Positions 31,891-42,465 of a stretch of DNA of 64,000 nucleotides are shown here, one piece after another (position 1 is the first letter of the stretch; each line of letters opens with the position of its first letter). The position numbers were made by a program, and so were the translations under genes. The notes below the pieces were generated by a model. It had not been told where the DNA came from. It did not search any database and saw only the letters and a list, made by a program, of their open reading frames with translations. Origin of the DNA: an uncultured Arcobacter sp. (lineage in GTDB: Bacteria; Campylobacterota; Campylobacteria; Campylobacterales; Arcobacteraceae); the NCBI GenBank assembly GCA_965140705.1, contig OZ223300.1, positions 1,088,001 through 1,152,000 on the forward strand. Direction: 5' to 3'.

Positions 31891-32537
31891 GGTTGATTGT
31901 AAAATTTAAACTTAAAGCCTTTATCTTCTTTGTACTTAGCTAGATTAAAATCTTCCCAAACTTTTTTACAAAGATTATATCCTTTATCATATCCAGGTTT
32001 TGCAAAGGCATGGGCTCTTCCCATATTTTGCCATACACCTTTTCCTGATGCATACATAAATGCTAAGTTACATTGGGCTTGAATATATCCTTGTTTTGAT
32101 GAAGCTTCATACCATTTAACAGCCTCTTTATAATCCTTATCTATAACCAATCCTGTTGTTAAAAACATACCTATTTTATTTTCTGCTGGGGCATAACCTT
32201 TTCTAGCAAGTTCAAGAAAATAAGAGAAGGCTTTTTGGGGATCATAAAAGTTTGTTTGGTTACTTAGATAAAAAAGACCTAGATTGTATGTTCCTTTAAT
32301 ACTTCCCAAGTAAGAAGCTGCGCCAAAATACAACAAAGCCTTTTTATAATCTTTGAAAACATATTTGCCTTCAAAATATATTTTCCCTAATTCAAAATAA
32401 GCATCTGGGTCATCTTTTAATGCTGCCTCTTCATAATTATTTATTAGTTCAAGACTTTTTATATCTTCTACTGTTGAAAGATTATCTTGTGCTATTAGTT
32501 TAATTACACAAAAAAGTGATAATAGGTATTTTTTCAT
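31887..32537 (-). CDS. Secreted Sel1-repeat protein
   Basis: Repeated A..LG..Y..G.GV..D...A..WY units. Confidence 0.85.
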   Translation of the reverse strand: MKKYLLSLFCVIKLIAQDNLSTVEDIKSLELINNYEEAALKDDPDAYFELGKIYFEGKYVFKDYKKALLYFGAASYLGSIKGTYNLGLFYLSNQTNFYDPQKAFSYFLELARKGYAPAENKIGMFLTTGLVIDKDYKEAVKWYEASSKQGYIQAQCNLAFMYASGKGVWQNMGRAHAFAKPGYDKGYNLCKKVWEDFNLAKYKEDKGFKFKFYNQP

Positions 32538-33556
32538 ATTACTTCCCTTTTTAATTCTGTACTTAATGTTGCTACTATTTCATAAGAAATTGTATTATGA
32601 ATTTTTGCTAAAGATTTAGCATCATCGAAAATACAAACTTCTTCATCTTTTGAATTTAAAGATAAGTTATCCATTGATACTCTTCCAAGAACTTTAAATC
32701 CCTTTGGAGTTTTGTAAGATTGATTTTCATTTATTCTTAAAAAGCCATCTCCATATCCAATATCATATGTTGAGATTTCAATATCTTTATCTGTTGTATA
32801 TTTTCCTCCATATCCAACAGATTGATTTTTTTTCAAAGTTCTTGTTGCAATTTTTTTTGCCCAAAGTGATAAAACAGGTTTTAAATCTACTTTTTCAAAA
32901 CTAGTATGATTTTCAAAATAACCATAAGTTGCTATACCAATTCTTGCAAAATCGTCATCAAAACTTTTTGTTCTAAATAGTGCAGCTGAGTTGCAAGAAT
33001 GGAATAAAGGTAGGGGTAAAAAAAGTTGTTCACATATTCTTTTCACTTCTTCTTTTACAAGCCCAAAATTGCGCTTTTGCCAAAAGAATTCACTATTAAG
33101 TTCATCTGCTCCTCTATGATGAGTCATGATACCAGTTAAATTTAAATTTTGGTTACAAATCCCATCAATAGCCACTTTAAGCTGGTCTTTAGATATACCG
33201 TTTCTGTGCATTCCTGTGTCAATTTTGAGGTGAACGTTCGTATTTTTAGGGATTTTATAAATTTGTTCAAGACTATTAATTACTATGTGAAAAGAATGTG
33301 AATAAGTGTGAAAATTAATCTCTGATAAAATTATTATATCTTCAAAAAAATCTTCAATTTTTAATGCTTCTTTAAGGTTTTTTACGACTGCTTTTTTTAT
33401 TCCAAACTCTTTTGCTATTTTTGAGATTTCTATAATCCCATGACCATATGCATTGTCTTTTAATACTACGGCAATTTTTTCTTTTGATCCAGCTTGTTTA
33501 GAAATAATCTCTAAGTTATGAATATAATTTTTTTTATTTATAATAATTTTAGACAA
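32534..33556 (-). CDS. alr: Alanine racemase
   Basis: [31 protein letters not shown]. Confidence 0.96.
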   Translation of the reverse strand: MSKIIINKKNYIHNLEIISKQAGSKEKIAVVLKDNAYGHGIIEISKIAKEFGIKKAVVKNLKEALKIEDFFEDIIILSEINFHTYSHSFHIVINSLEQIYKIPKNTNVHLKIDTGMHRNGISKDQLKVAIDGICNQNLNLTGIMTHHRGADELNSEFFWQKRNFGLVKEEVKRICEQLFLPLPLFHSCNSAALFRTKSFDDDFARIGIATYGYFENHTSFEKVDLKPVLSLWAKKIATRTLKKNQSVGYGGKYTTDKDIEISTYDIGYGDGFLRINENQSYKTPKGFKVLGRVSMDNLSLNSKDEEVCIFDDAKSLAKIHNTISYEIVATLSTELKREVI

Positions 33557-33574
33557 TAACTTTACCTTGTTATT

Positions 33575-35407
33575 TTAGTTTTGATTAAAATGATTTGATA
33601 TTAGAATACTATCTTTTTCATTTAAAACCTCTTTTAAGGTTTCAACAGATGCTTCTTTTATTTTTTCAAAGGTTCCAAAATAAAGAAGTAATTTTTTAAC
33701 CTTTGCTTCTCCAATACCTTTTATATTTAACAAAGAGATTTGTTTATCTTCTGCCCTTTTTTGCTTTTTGTGAAAATTAATAACAAATCTATGGGCTTCA
33801 TCTCTTTGTCTTTGAACAAAGTGTAATCTTCTATCTGAAGTTAATAGTTTAACCGATTTGAATTCATTACCTTGTTTATAGTGAACAATATCTTTTGCAG
33901 CACCTTTTGCTCTATGTGCTTTAAAATCAATTTTCTCCTTGGCAACTGCTATGATATCAAGTTTCACACCAACTGATTCAACTATGTCATATGCAAGTTT
34001 CAACAAAGTAGAACCACCATCTATTATCCAAAGATCTGGCGCAGGATTTTTTTCAAAACTCTCAACTCTTCGTATTAGCATCTCTCTCATTTGAGAGTAT
34101 TCATCATGAGCTTCTAAATTATAGTGTCTAAAGTCACTTTTTAGAAATTTGTCATTATCCCAGACAACCATTGCCCCAACTGTTGCTTGTCCCATCATAT
34201 GTGAGTTGTCAAAGCTTTCAACTCTATTTGGAACTTGTGAGAGATTAAATAACTCTTTAATCTCTTCATAAAGTGTATTTGTACCTTTTACACTATCTAT
34301 TCTCAATAACTCATCACAGTTATTTAAAGCAATACCTACTATATCTCTTTTTTTCCCAACTTTAGGATTGATAATATTTATTTTTTTATTGAACTTGTTT
34401 TTTAAGAACTCTTCTATATCTTCTATTTCTTTAACTTCATCTCCTATTAGTATCTCTTTTGGAATAATAGGAATATCATTTGAATAATAGTTTATAATAG
34501 CTCTTTTGTATGCTTCTTCGTAATCAAACTCTTCTGTTTCTTCAACATTTGATTTTAGGAAGTCATGGGATGAAGAAGTTAATTTTCCATCTCTTATAAA
34601 CATTCTTACAATTACAGCTTTTGAATTGATATTTTTGATAGCAAATATATCTAAGTTGTCGTTTGTAGCCAAATCCATACCAGTTTTTATCTCTGATTTT
34701 TCTATAGTTTTTATTCTATCTCTTATTTTCATAGCCTCTTCAAAACGAAATTCATCTGAATACTCTTGCATTTTTGTTTTTAGTTTTGAAATAAGTTTTG
34801 ATTTATTATAGATGTATTCCATAGAGTCATTTAAGATATTTGCATACTCTTCTTTTGAAACTCTATTTTCGCAAGGTGCTAAACATTTTTTGATTTGAAA
34901 AAATAAGCAAGCCTCTTTTCCTTTGATACATGCTTTCTTTTGTACAAGGGGGAAAGTTTCGTAAATTGAGTCTAATATATCCCTTGCACCAGTTGAGTAT
35001 GGACCAAAATATTTTATATTTGAACCTTTTAAAACTTTTCTAGTAATTTCTAATCTTGGAAAATCCTCATTCAAATCAACATAAATATAAGGGTAAGTTT
35101 TATCATCACGTAGAAGAATATTATATTTTGGCTTTAACTGTTTTATTAGAGAGTTTTCTAAAATCAGAGCATCATGTTCATTTGGTACTACAATCCATTC
35201 ACACGATTCTACTTCTGTTATCATTTTATAAATTCTAGGACCTAATTTATCAGCAGGTCGAAGTTCGGGAGTAAATTTGAAGTATGATTTAACTCTATTT
35301 TTTAAAACTTTTGCTTTCCCCACATAAAGTAAATGTCCATCTTTATCAAAGTATTGATATACACCTGCATCATTTGGAAGCTGTTTAAGTTTGTTTTCTA
35401 AATCCAT
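33575..35407 (-). CDS. uvrC: Excinuclease ABC subunit C
   Basis: GIY-YIG (GVYQ...YVGKAK), PKYNILLRDDK, RDEAHRF, HhH. Confidence 0.98.
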   Translation of the reverse strand: MDLENKLKQLPNDAGVYQYFDKDGHLLYVGKAKVLKNRVKSYFKFTPELRPADKLGPRIYKMITEVESCEWIVVPNEHDALILENSLIKQLKPKYNILLRDDKTYPYIYVDLNEDFPRLEITRKVLKGSNIKYFGPYSTGARDILDSIYETFPLVQKKACIKGKEACLFFQIKKCLAPCENRVSKEEYANILNDSMEYIYNKSKLISKLKTKMQEYSDEFRFEEAMKIRDRIKTIEKSEIKTGMDLATNDNLDIFAIKNINSKAVIVRMFIRDGKLTSSSHDFLKSNVEETEEFDYEEAYKRAIINYYSNDIPIIPKEILIGDEVKEIEDIEEFLKNKFNKKINIINPKVGKKRDIVGIALNNCDELLRIDSVKGTNTLYEEIKELFNLSQVPNRVESFDNSHMMGQATVGAMVVWDNDKFLKSDFRHYNLEAHDEYSQMREMLIRRVESFEKNPAPDLWIIDGGSTLLKLAYDIVESVGVKLDIIAVAKEKIDFKAHRAKGAAKDIVHYKQGNEFKSVKLLTSDRRLHFVQRQRDEAHRFVINFHKKQKRAEDKQISLLNIKGIGEAKVKKLLLYFGTFEKIKEASVETLKEVLNEKDSILISNHFNQN

Positions 35408-35528
35408 ATTGGAATATTAGCGAAAAAAGCCTTTTTAAATGTTGTAATTTTGCTAAATTTTTAAGTTAAAATCTAAAGTTAAATCTAAAGCTTATTTAGT
35501 AAGAATAATATCATGTAAGGAGTTTATA

Positions 35529-35921
35529 ATGCCACATTTGCAATTTGAGATAAATAAAAAAGTAAGCGATGATATTAAAAAAAGTTTTTGTGAAAAGATA
35601 AGAGAATCTTTTTCCAAAATCATGGATACCCAAACAGGTCATATTGCTATTTCTATAAGAGAATATGAACCTTTTAACTTATCTATTGGAAGAGTTGATA
35701 TTGGTGATGAAGTCTGTTTGATGAACTTAGATATAAGAGAAGGGCGAACAATCGAAAAAAGAAGAGAGTTGGCTTTAGTATATATGAGCATAGTAAAAGA
35801 TGAATTTAAAATACCAAATAACAATCAATATATAACTTTCACCCAACACGATGGAGAAGACTTTCATTTGATAGAAAAGTATTTATCTTCTTGGGCAAGT
35901 GGAGAAGACCCTTTGGCTTAA
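35529..35921 (+). CDS. Tautomerase family protein (double domain)
   Basis: N-terminal Pro (MPH), EGRTIEKRRELA. Confidence 0.75.
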   Translation: MPHLQFEINKKVSDDIKKSFCEKIRESFSKIMDTQTGHIAISIREYEPFNLSIGRVDIGDEVCLMNLDIREGRTIEKRRELALVYMSIVKDEFKIPNNNQYITFTQHDGEDFHLIEKYLSSWASGEDPLA

Positions 35922-35968
35922 GTTATATTAATCATATATTTGGTACATTTCTTTTTTAATTAGGAGTA

Positions 35969-36250
35969 ATGTTGAGTATTATAAAACAAACAATTTATCA
36001 ATCAAGAAAAAATAAAGAGAAAGAGTTAGAAATAAAGTTATACAATTTAAAAAATTCATTGGTAAATTTTGAAGCCTGTGATTATTTTGGCGTGTATAAA
36101 TCAGATGATTGTAATGATGAATTTTTAGTTTATGAAGAGTGGAAAAGTGAAGAAGACTATATATCTTCACAAAGTAGTGAAGCATATAAGTCTTTTGAAA
36201 AAACTTATGATGAATTGGTATTAAAAAAACACAATTTACCAGTTTTTTGA
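35969..36250 (+). CDS. Antibiotic biosynthesis monooxygenase (ABM) domain protein
   Basis: EFLVYEEWKSEE motif and size. Confidence 0.7.
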   Translation: MLSIIKQTIYQSRKNKEKELEIKLYNLKNSLVNFEACDYFGVYKSDDCNDEFLVYEEWKSEEDYISSQSSEAYKSFEKTYDELVLKKHNLPVF

Positions 36251-36263
36251 TTTAATAAAATAT

Positions 36264-36734
36264 CTATTTATAGATATTAAGAAGTACATCTTTGTAGTGA
36301 TTTAACTCTTGCATTAGTTCATCACCGTTGTTATTAATATCTGGATGATACTTCTTAGCTAATTCTTTGTACTTTCTTTTTATCTCTTCCCTTGTTGGTT
36401 CACTTGTAAACCCAAAAAAATCTTTTGCCTTTTGAACTTCACTCATTGAAGGTTGTGCTTTAAAATTACCACTTTGAAAATCTTCATAATTGAATTTAAA
36501 ACCTTGATTTGCACCTTGGCTAAAATCCCTTCCATTAAAATGAAATTCGAATCCTTGGGTTCTTGCTTGTTCTTTTATGCTTTTTATTTTTTTGTAAATG
36601 AAAAAATAAATTAGTAATACAACTACCGCTATTGCAATTAAAAAAGTACCAAAATTTGTAAATATAAGATAAAGTATAAAAAATAGTATCGAAAATCTTA
36701 TTAGTCTAGAAAAAAAATAGTCAATATTTCCCAT
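36264..36734 (-). CDS. Membrane-anchored J-domain protein
   Basis: N-terminal TM segments; EIKRKYKELAKKYHPD. Confidence 0.85.
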   Translation of the reverse strand: MGNIDYFFSRLIRFSILFFILYLIFTNFGTFLIAIAVVVLLIYFFIYKKIKSIKEQARTQGFEFHFNGRDFSQGANQGFKFNYEDFQSGNFKAQPSMSEVQKAKDFFGFTSEPTREEIKRKYKELAKKYHPDINNNGDELMQELNHYKDVLLNIYK

Positions 36735-37231
36735 AAAAAATTGTATTCCTTGTAAAATTTATATTGAAGTATATCTACTTTTGTTTGTTTCTATTATTAA
36801 TGAAGGTTACAATTTTTAAATGTATTTAGTCGATTTACTTAAATAATGGTTTTGTAAATACTTAATAATTAGTCTTTTTCTTTTATATCAAACTATATAA
36901 TTTTTTTGTGTAACATTTAGTTTAATTGTTACTTTTAATCAACCCCAATATTTAACAAAAGTTTTATATAAAAGCGAATAAATAAAAGAACTTTAAATAT
37001 TATTTTCAAGTTTATTTATTCTTTTCTTTAATAAATACTTTTAAATAAATTGCAAAAATATCGATAATAGCTTTAATTTATAAATATTATAATATAAGTA
37101 AAGGTTCTTGGCAATTATTATTTTAATAAAATAGTTGAATTCTTAATACATAATTAAATTATATAATTGTAATATTAATTATATAAGTATTTAAAAAATT
37201 TTGGTATTATTATCATAATTAGGATAATATA

Positions 37232-37498
37232 ATGGACTATGATGAGTTTCAAAAGGCTGTTGATACCTTAGGTATTATAACAAAGCTTGATTTTAAAGGT
37301 TTGAGAAAGAACTATTTACGATTATCAAAGAAGTATCACCCTGATGCCGAAGATGGTAGTGAAGAGAAGTTTAAAGAGGTAAATGAAGCTTATATTCTTT
37401 TAAAAGCTTATATTGAAAACTATAGATTTTCTTTTGAGAAAGATGAATTTTTAAGTCAATATCCCTCATTTACAAATTATAAAAATTGGAATAGATAA
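37232..37498 (+). CDS. Minimal J-domain protein
   Basis: YLRLSKKYHPD...KFKEVNEAY. Confidence 0.85.
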   Translation: MDYDEFQKAVDTLGIITKLDFKGLRKNYLRLSKKYHPDAEDGSEEKFKEVNEAYILLKAYIENYRFSFEKDEFLSQYPSFTNYKNWNR

Positions 37499-37506
37499 AG
37501 GAAACT

Positions 37507-38379
37507 ATGATGTTTGATAAAAGAAAAGCCAAAGAACTTGTTTTAGGAGCTTTAATTGCTGATTCTTACTGTTTAGCTTCTCATTGGATATATGATGAGA
37601 AAGACCTTAAAAACTTGCAAATTAATTGGGAAGATTTAAACAATGCTTGCTCAATTTGGCACAAAGGTAAAAAAGCAGGGGAATTTACACATTATGGAGA
37701 TCAGCTTTATTTTTTATATGAATTTGTAAGTGAAAATGATACTTTTGATTTAGAAAAATATGTCCATTTTTGGAAAGATAAAATGGAAAAATATGATGGC
37801 TATATTGATGGAGCTACAAGAGTTACTTTGGAAAATATTAATGCAAATAAACCTATTCCTTGTGGTTCTAATTCTACTGATATCTCAGTTATAGGAAGAA
37901 TAACTCCTTTATTACTTATTAGTAAAACAAAAAATGAATTTCTTCAAAATGTTGAGAAGTTTGTTAAAGCAACACATGATTCTACAATAGTTGTAGAAGG
38001 TGCTAAATTTTTTGCAAAAGTTTTACTTGATGTATTAGAAGATATTGAGATGATGGAATCAATAAAAGAAAGAAAAGATGAATTTTCATCTACTATTCAA
38101 AAATATGTTAAAGATGGATTGGCAACTATAGATGAAGAAAGTTTTGATGTAATAAGAAAATTTGGTCCAGCTTGTGGAATAGATGAAGCTTTTAGTGGAG
38201 TTATTCATCTTTTAGGTAAATATACAAACTTTAAAGAAGCTCTAATAAAAAATGCCCAAGCAGGTGGTGATAACTCTGCACGGGCTATGATATTATCGAT
38301 GTTTTTTATAGCTAGATATGGATTAAAGGTAATACCAAAAAATCTTACTAAAATAAAAGTTCAAATAGATATTTCTTAA
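37507..38379 (+). CDS. ADP-ribosylglycohydrolase family protein
   Basis: GALIADS, THYGDQ, ATH, GGDNSAR. Confidence 0.8.
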   Translation: MMFDKRKAKELVLGALIADSYCLASHWIYDEKDLKNLQINWEDLNNACSIWHKGKKAGEFTHYGDQLYFLYEFVSENDTFDLEKYVHFWKDKMEKYDGYIDGATRVTLENINANKPIPCGSNSTDISVIGRITPLLLISKTKNEFLQNVEKFVKATHDSTIVVEGAKFFAKVLLDVLEDIEMMESIKERKDEFSSTIQKYVKDGLATIDEESFDVIRKFGPACGIDEAFSGVIHLLGKYTNFKEALIKNAQAGGDNSARAMILSMFFIARYGLKVIPKNLTKIKVQIDIS

Positions 38380-38999
38380 AAATAAATATTTGAACTTAAG
38401 TTCTCTATTTGGCTCAAAATCTTTTCTACATTGTTATATTGGATATTTATAGGGTATAACTCTTTTTTATACTGTAATACTAAAGAGGGAAAACTATTAA
38501 CTTTTAGTTCTCTTCTTTTATTTAACTCTTTTTGAAGTAATTGTTCTATTTTTTCACTTGTTAAATCATTTGTAAATTTTTCTATATCTAGTTCTAACTC
38601 TTTTGCAAGAGTAATCAAAGTCTCTTTATCACTTGGATTTTTTGCTTCAAGGTAATATGCTTTTTGGATTGCATTTATCATCTCGTCTTCCATATTTTGT
38701 TCTTTTGCACAAAGTACTGCTTTACAAGCAGGATAGGTTGAACGTCTTGGTTTACAAAGCTTCCAAAAATCATGGTTAAACTTTGTCCCTGTAAATTTCT
38801 CAATGTCATACCAAATAGCTTGAATTTTCTCTTGCATCTCTTTTGGCATTATTTCATCACTCTCTTTCGCCAACCCACCTAATATATTTATCACTTCAAT
38901 ATTAGTTGGTAATCTTTTTTTTAAGTTATCAAACTCTTTTTTAAAGGCATAACACCAAGAGCACATGGGGTCGTGGACATAGTATAGTTTATTTTTCAT
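38376..38999 (-). CDS. DsbA/FrnE-like thioredoxin-fold protein
   Basis: HDPMCSWCY, SFPSL. Confidence 0.85.
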   Translation of the reverse strand: MKNKLYYVHDPMCSWCYAFKKEFDNLKKRLPTNIEVINILGGLAKESDEIMPKEMQEKIQAIWYDIEKFTGTKFNHDFWKLCKPRRSTYPACKAVLCAKEQNMEDEMINAIQKAYYLEAKNPSDKETLITLAKELELDIEKFTNDLTSEKIEQLLQKELNKRRELKVNSFPSLVLQYKKELYPINIQYNNVEKILSQIENLSSNIYF

Positions 39000-39104
39000 A
39001 AAATTATTTTACCTCTTTATATCTTTAAAGAGTTGAAATTTTTACATTAAGGGATATAAAATAAAATATTTATATAATGTTACATTAATTAGGAGTGAAA
39101 TATT

Positions 39105-39548
39105 ATGGAAAATGTTTTAAATAGGTTTTACAAAGATAAACACTATATTGAGATTATTCTTGCTGGGGGCTTTTTTCTAATTGCTTTATATTATCATATG
39201 CTAATGGATTTTATTATCTATATGTTATATTTTGTAATATTCTTAGAAATAACAAGAACGGTCATAAATTATATTAGAGAGCAGACAGTTGTACTTTCTA
39301 TCATTGTTGATGCCTTTATTATTCTTACTTTAAGAGAGTTAATAGTAAATGTTGTAAAAATCAATAATGAAAAATTAGATTCATTTGATGATCTTATGTC
39401 AAGTACATTGAATTGGAATATTTTTATAATTGCAGGTGTAATAATATTTTTATTGCTTGTTAGATATTTGTCAGTAAAAACTTCTGAAACATATATGTTA
39501 AATAAGAAAAAAAAAGAAGATAGTAAGAAACATGATGAACTATCATGA
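39105..39548 (+). CDS. PsiE-family membrane protein
   Basis: TM pattern with IFLEI and DAFIILTLRELI. Confidence 0.65.
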   Translation: MENVLNRFYKDKHYIEIILAGGFFLIALYYHMLMDFIIYMLYFVIFLEITRTVINYIREQTVVLSIIVDAFIILTLRELIVNVVKINNEKLDSFDDLMSSTLNWNIFIIAGVIIFLLLVRYLSVKTSETYMLNKKKKEDSKKHDELS

Positions 39549-40419
39549 ACCTTTATATAGACCACCAGCTGAAGCTAACTCTTTAATCTTACAAATTACA
39601 TTGGGCTGTAGCTTTAATAAATGTAGCTTCTGTTCAATGTACGAAACAAAAAAATTTGAAATCAAAAGTATAGATAAAATCATAAAAGAGATTGACGACT
39701 TTTCTATATATAAAGATGTAAAAAGAGTATTTTTAGCCGATGGTGATGCTTTAGCCTGTGATACAGATTTTTTAGTACAGATTCTAAGTTATCTAAAAAA
39801 ATCATTTCCAAAATTACAAAGAGTAGCTTCATATGCAAGTCCATATAACCTCTTAGAAAAGAGTCAAGTAGAATTAAATTTATTAAGAGAAAATGGCTTG
39901 AGTTTAGTTTATTATGGAATTGAAAGTGGAAACCATGAATTACTAAAATATATAAATAAACCTATGAAACCAAGTAAAATGGTAGAGGGTATAAATAAAG
40001 CCTATTATGCAAATATGAAAATATCTGCCACAGTAATACTTGGACTTGGTGGAAAGAAATTATCAATACAGCATATAGAAGATACAGCAAAGTTAGTAAG
40101 TGAATGTGAACATATAAATTATCTATCTACTTTACAATTAGCAGTAAGTAGTACAAAAGAAGATGACTTTTTTAAAAGGTTTGAAAACAAAAATCAAGAA
40201 TTTGTTTTTTGTAGTGATAAAGATATCTTAGAGGAACAAAAAAGATTTATAAGTCTAATTACTCCAAAAAGTCCGATAATTTTTAGATCAAATCACGCCT
40301 CAAATGCTTTAGCACTAAAAGGTACACTTCCAAAAGATAAGAATGAGTTATTAGAGACTTTAGACAAAGCTATAGAAGATGATTCTATGCTTCGTCCAAA
40401 ATTTTTACGAGGTTTTTAA
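39532..40419 (+). CDS. Radical SAM protein
   Basis: RPPAEA, CSFNKCSFC, FLADGDA, FRSNHASN. Confidence 0.9.
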   Translation: MMNYHEPLYRPPAEANSLILQITLGCSFNKCSFCSMYETKKFEIKSIDKIIKEIDDFSIYKDVKRVFLADGDALACDTDFLVQILSYLKKSFPKLQRVASYASPYNLLEKSQVELNLLRENGLSLVYYGIESGNHELLKYINKPMKPSKMVEGINKAYYANMKISATVILGLGGKKLSIQHIEDTAKLVSECEHINYLSTLQLAVSSTKEDDFFKRFENKNQEFVFCSDKDILEEQKRFISLITPKSPIIFRSNHASNALALKGTLPKDKNELLETLDKAIEDDSMLRPKFLRGF

Positions 40420-40426
40420 AACCTTG

Positions 40427-40630
40427 TTATTTTTTAGATTTTTTCTTTGAATCTTTTTTCTTAGACTTCTTTTTTGAGTCTTTTTTCTTAGCTTTTACAG
40501 CTTTTTTTGCTTTCTTTTTTTTATCTAGTTTTTTCTTTTTAATAACTTTCTTTTTCTCTTTTTTAGTTGCTTTTTTCTTAGCAGCTTTTTTAGCTTTTAA
40601 TTTTTTCTCTTCTTCTTTTTTCTTTGCCAT
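40427..40630 (-). CDS. Lysine-rich histone-H1-like small protein
   Basis: 41 of 67 residues are Lys; AAGGAG RBS before ATG. Confidence 0.65.
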   Translation of the reverse strand: MAKKKEEEKKLKAKKAAKKKATKKEKKKVIKKKKLDKKKKAKKAVKAKKKDSKKKSKKKDSKKKSKK

Positions 40631-40791
40631 TTTTATGACTCCTTATATAAAATATAGAGAATAGTACTACTTTATATGATTAATGTCAATAAAATATTAG
40701 TAAAATATCAAAATAATATCAATTTGTAATATTTTTTAGTCCAATAAATATAATATATTAAAATGCTCTTATAAATAATAGGAGTATATTT

Positions 40792-41301
40792 ATGGAAAAA
40801 CTAGCAATAGAGGTAATAAACTCAAAGATATATACAATACGTGGTGAAAAAGTTATGTTGGATAGTGACTTGGCAAAACTTTATGAAGTTGAGACAAAAG
40901 TATTAAATCAAGCAGTAAAAAGAAATATTGAAAGGTTTCCAAGTGACTTTTTATTTAAATTGTCAGAAAAAGAGTTAGAAAATTTGCGGTCACAATTTGT
41001 GACCACAAACTTTTCAAAAACAAGAACAACTCCAAATGCTTTTACTGAGCAAGGTGTCTATATGTTAGCAACAGTCTTAAAAAGTAAAGTTGCAATAGAT
41101 ATTAATATTCAAATTATGAGAACTTTTACAGCACTAAGAAGATATGCTTTGACCTATGATGAATTTGCTAAAAAAATAGAACAGATTGAATCAAGGGTAA
41201 GGGAAGGTGAAGATACTGATAGTAGGATAATTGAGGTTTTGAATGAGTTGATGAGGGAGGATAGTAATAATGAGGATAGGAAGATTGGGTTTGTGAAATA
41301 A
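40792..41301 (+). CDS. ORF6N domain DNA-binding protein
   Basis: IRGEKVMLDSDLAKLYEVETKVLNQAVKRNIERFP, AFTEQGVYML, RKIGF end. Confidence 0.92.
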   Translation: MEKLAIEVINSKIYTIRGEKVMLDSDLAKLYEVETKVLNQAVKRNIERFPSDFLFKLSEKELENLRSQFVTTNFSKTRTTPNAFTEQGVYMLATVLKSKVAIDINIQIMRTFTALRRYALTYDEFAKKIEQIESRVREGEDTDSRIIEVLNELMREDSNNEDRKIGFVK

Positions 41302-41319
41302 AAGATAGCACTCTCTTGA

Positions 41320-41535
41320 AGAGGTAAACCTCTCCGCTTTCTTACTTTTGTATTGACGAAAAGTAAGCAAAAGCAACTACAGCTTCGGAGGCAAAGCTTC
41401 CCTCATTTATTATTTATCTTTTCTGACTTGCAAAACTCACATAAAAATATGCTCTTTAGCATATTTGTTCTGTTCAAACAATTACAAGTATTTTCCGAAA
41501 AGAGAAATAAACATTCGGCTCCTGTAGATGTAGCA
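41320..41535 (-). repeat. Structured repeat element, left unit
   Basis: Multi-stem fold; diverged inverted homologue of 41597-41814. Confidence 0.8.
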
Positions 41536-41596
41536 ATATTATTTGGTGTCTATATATTACTTCATAAATAAAAATTTGAACTATAGGTATTTCTTT

Positions 41597-41814
41597 CTGC
41601 CTTTGATGAAGCTGGAAGGTAGATGTTTATTTTCGATAAAGCCCGAAACTGTTTGAACGTTAAAAAATGACCTAAACGGTCATTTTAGTGAGTTTTGTAG
41701 GGCAGGAAATAAATATTTAACTGGAAGGTAGCTTTGCCTTCATCAATTCGGCAGTCTTTTTTACTTACTTTTTCGAGACCAAAAAGTAAGAAGAGCGAAG
41801 ACCTTTAGGTGTTC
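41597..41814 (+). repeat. Structured repeat element, right unit
   Basis: Multi-stem fold; 3' part nearly identical to 46-125. Confidence 0.85.
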
Positions 41815-42102
41815 ATGATATAAATATAAGAAAATGTAGTTTTTATCACAATTTTGATAAATAGGTGTACATTATGTTGTTCTATTGGGTAAATATAGGG
41901 GTAAACCATACATGAAATTTCAAAAATATACTTTGGAAATATATCAACACAGACAAATTAAAATCAATAATTCTAAGAAGAGCTTATATAAAGGCTTTTA
42001 TTTAATATAATAAACCAACATTTATCATGTTATAAATATCACTAATTTAAGGCTATTTTATATAAAATGTATTATTAATAAGGTAGTTAGGTAAAAGTTA
42101 AT

Positions 42103-42465
42103 ATGAATAAAAAGCCAACATATATTCCAATAATTCTTTCATCATATATACGTCTTCATTATGTAACAAATGATATTTTAGAAAACTTAAAGAAACAGAA
42201 GCTTGATATAGTTATAGAGAATAATTACTACTGTGTTAAATATGATAATACTGTTAATGATCATTTTAAAAATATTAATCTTATTGAAACATTAATGAAA
42301 CTAAATGATATTGGTATATTATTTGGAGAAGATTATAAACAGCACTATTCTCCAGCTGAATTTATGAGAGAATTAAAAAGACAGTATATTTTGAGAAAAA
42401 GTTTTAAAAGTATTGGTTTTAATTTTAAAAAAAAAGGTGATTGGATTATTCATGAAAATATCTAA
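42103..42465 (+). CDS. Hypothetical protein (cassette 1)
   Basis: 120-aa ORF; its stop codon lies within the R'' site ATCTAAC. Confidence 0.7.
   Translation: MNKKPTYIPIILSSYIRLHYVTNDILENLKKQKLDIVIENNYYCVKYDNTVNDHFKNINLIETLMKLNDIGILFGEDYKQHYSPAEFMRELKRQYILRKSFKSIGFNFKKKGDWIIHENI

Noticed and set aside
36735..37231. Long AT-rich spacer as replication origin, CRISPR leader or ncRNA
   Set aside because: No DnaA-box cluster, repeat-spacer array or stable fold visible
41191..41571. ORFs 41191-41376 (-) and 41353-41571 (+)
   Set aside because: They overlap the structured element; weak starts, and the frames are not kept in the homologous unit
41864..41891. dif-like GGTGTACATTA arm
   Set aside because: No matching XerD arm at the right spacing
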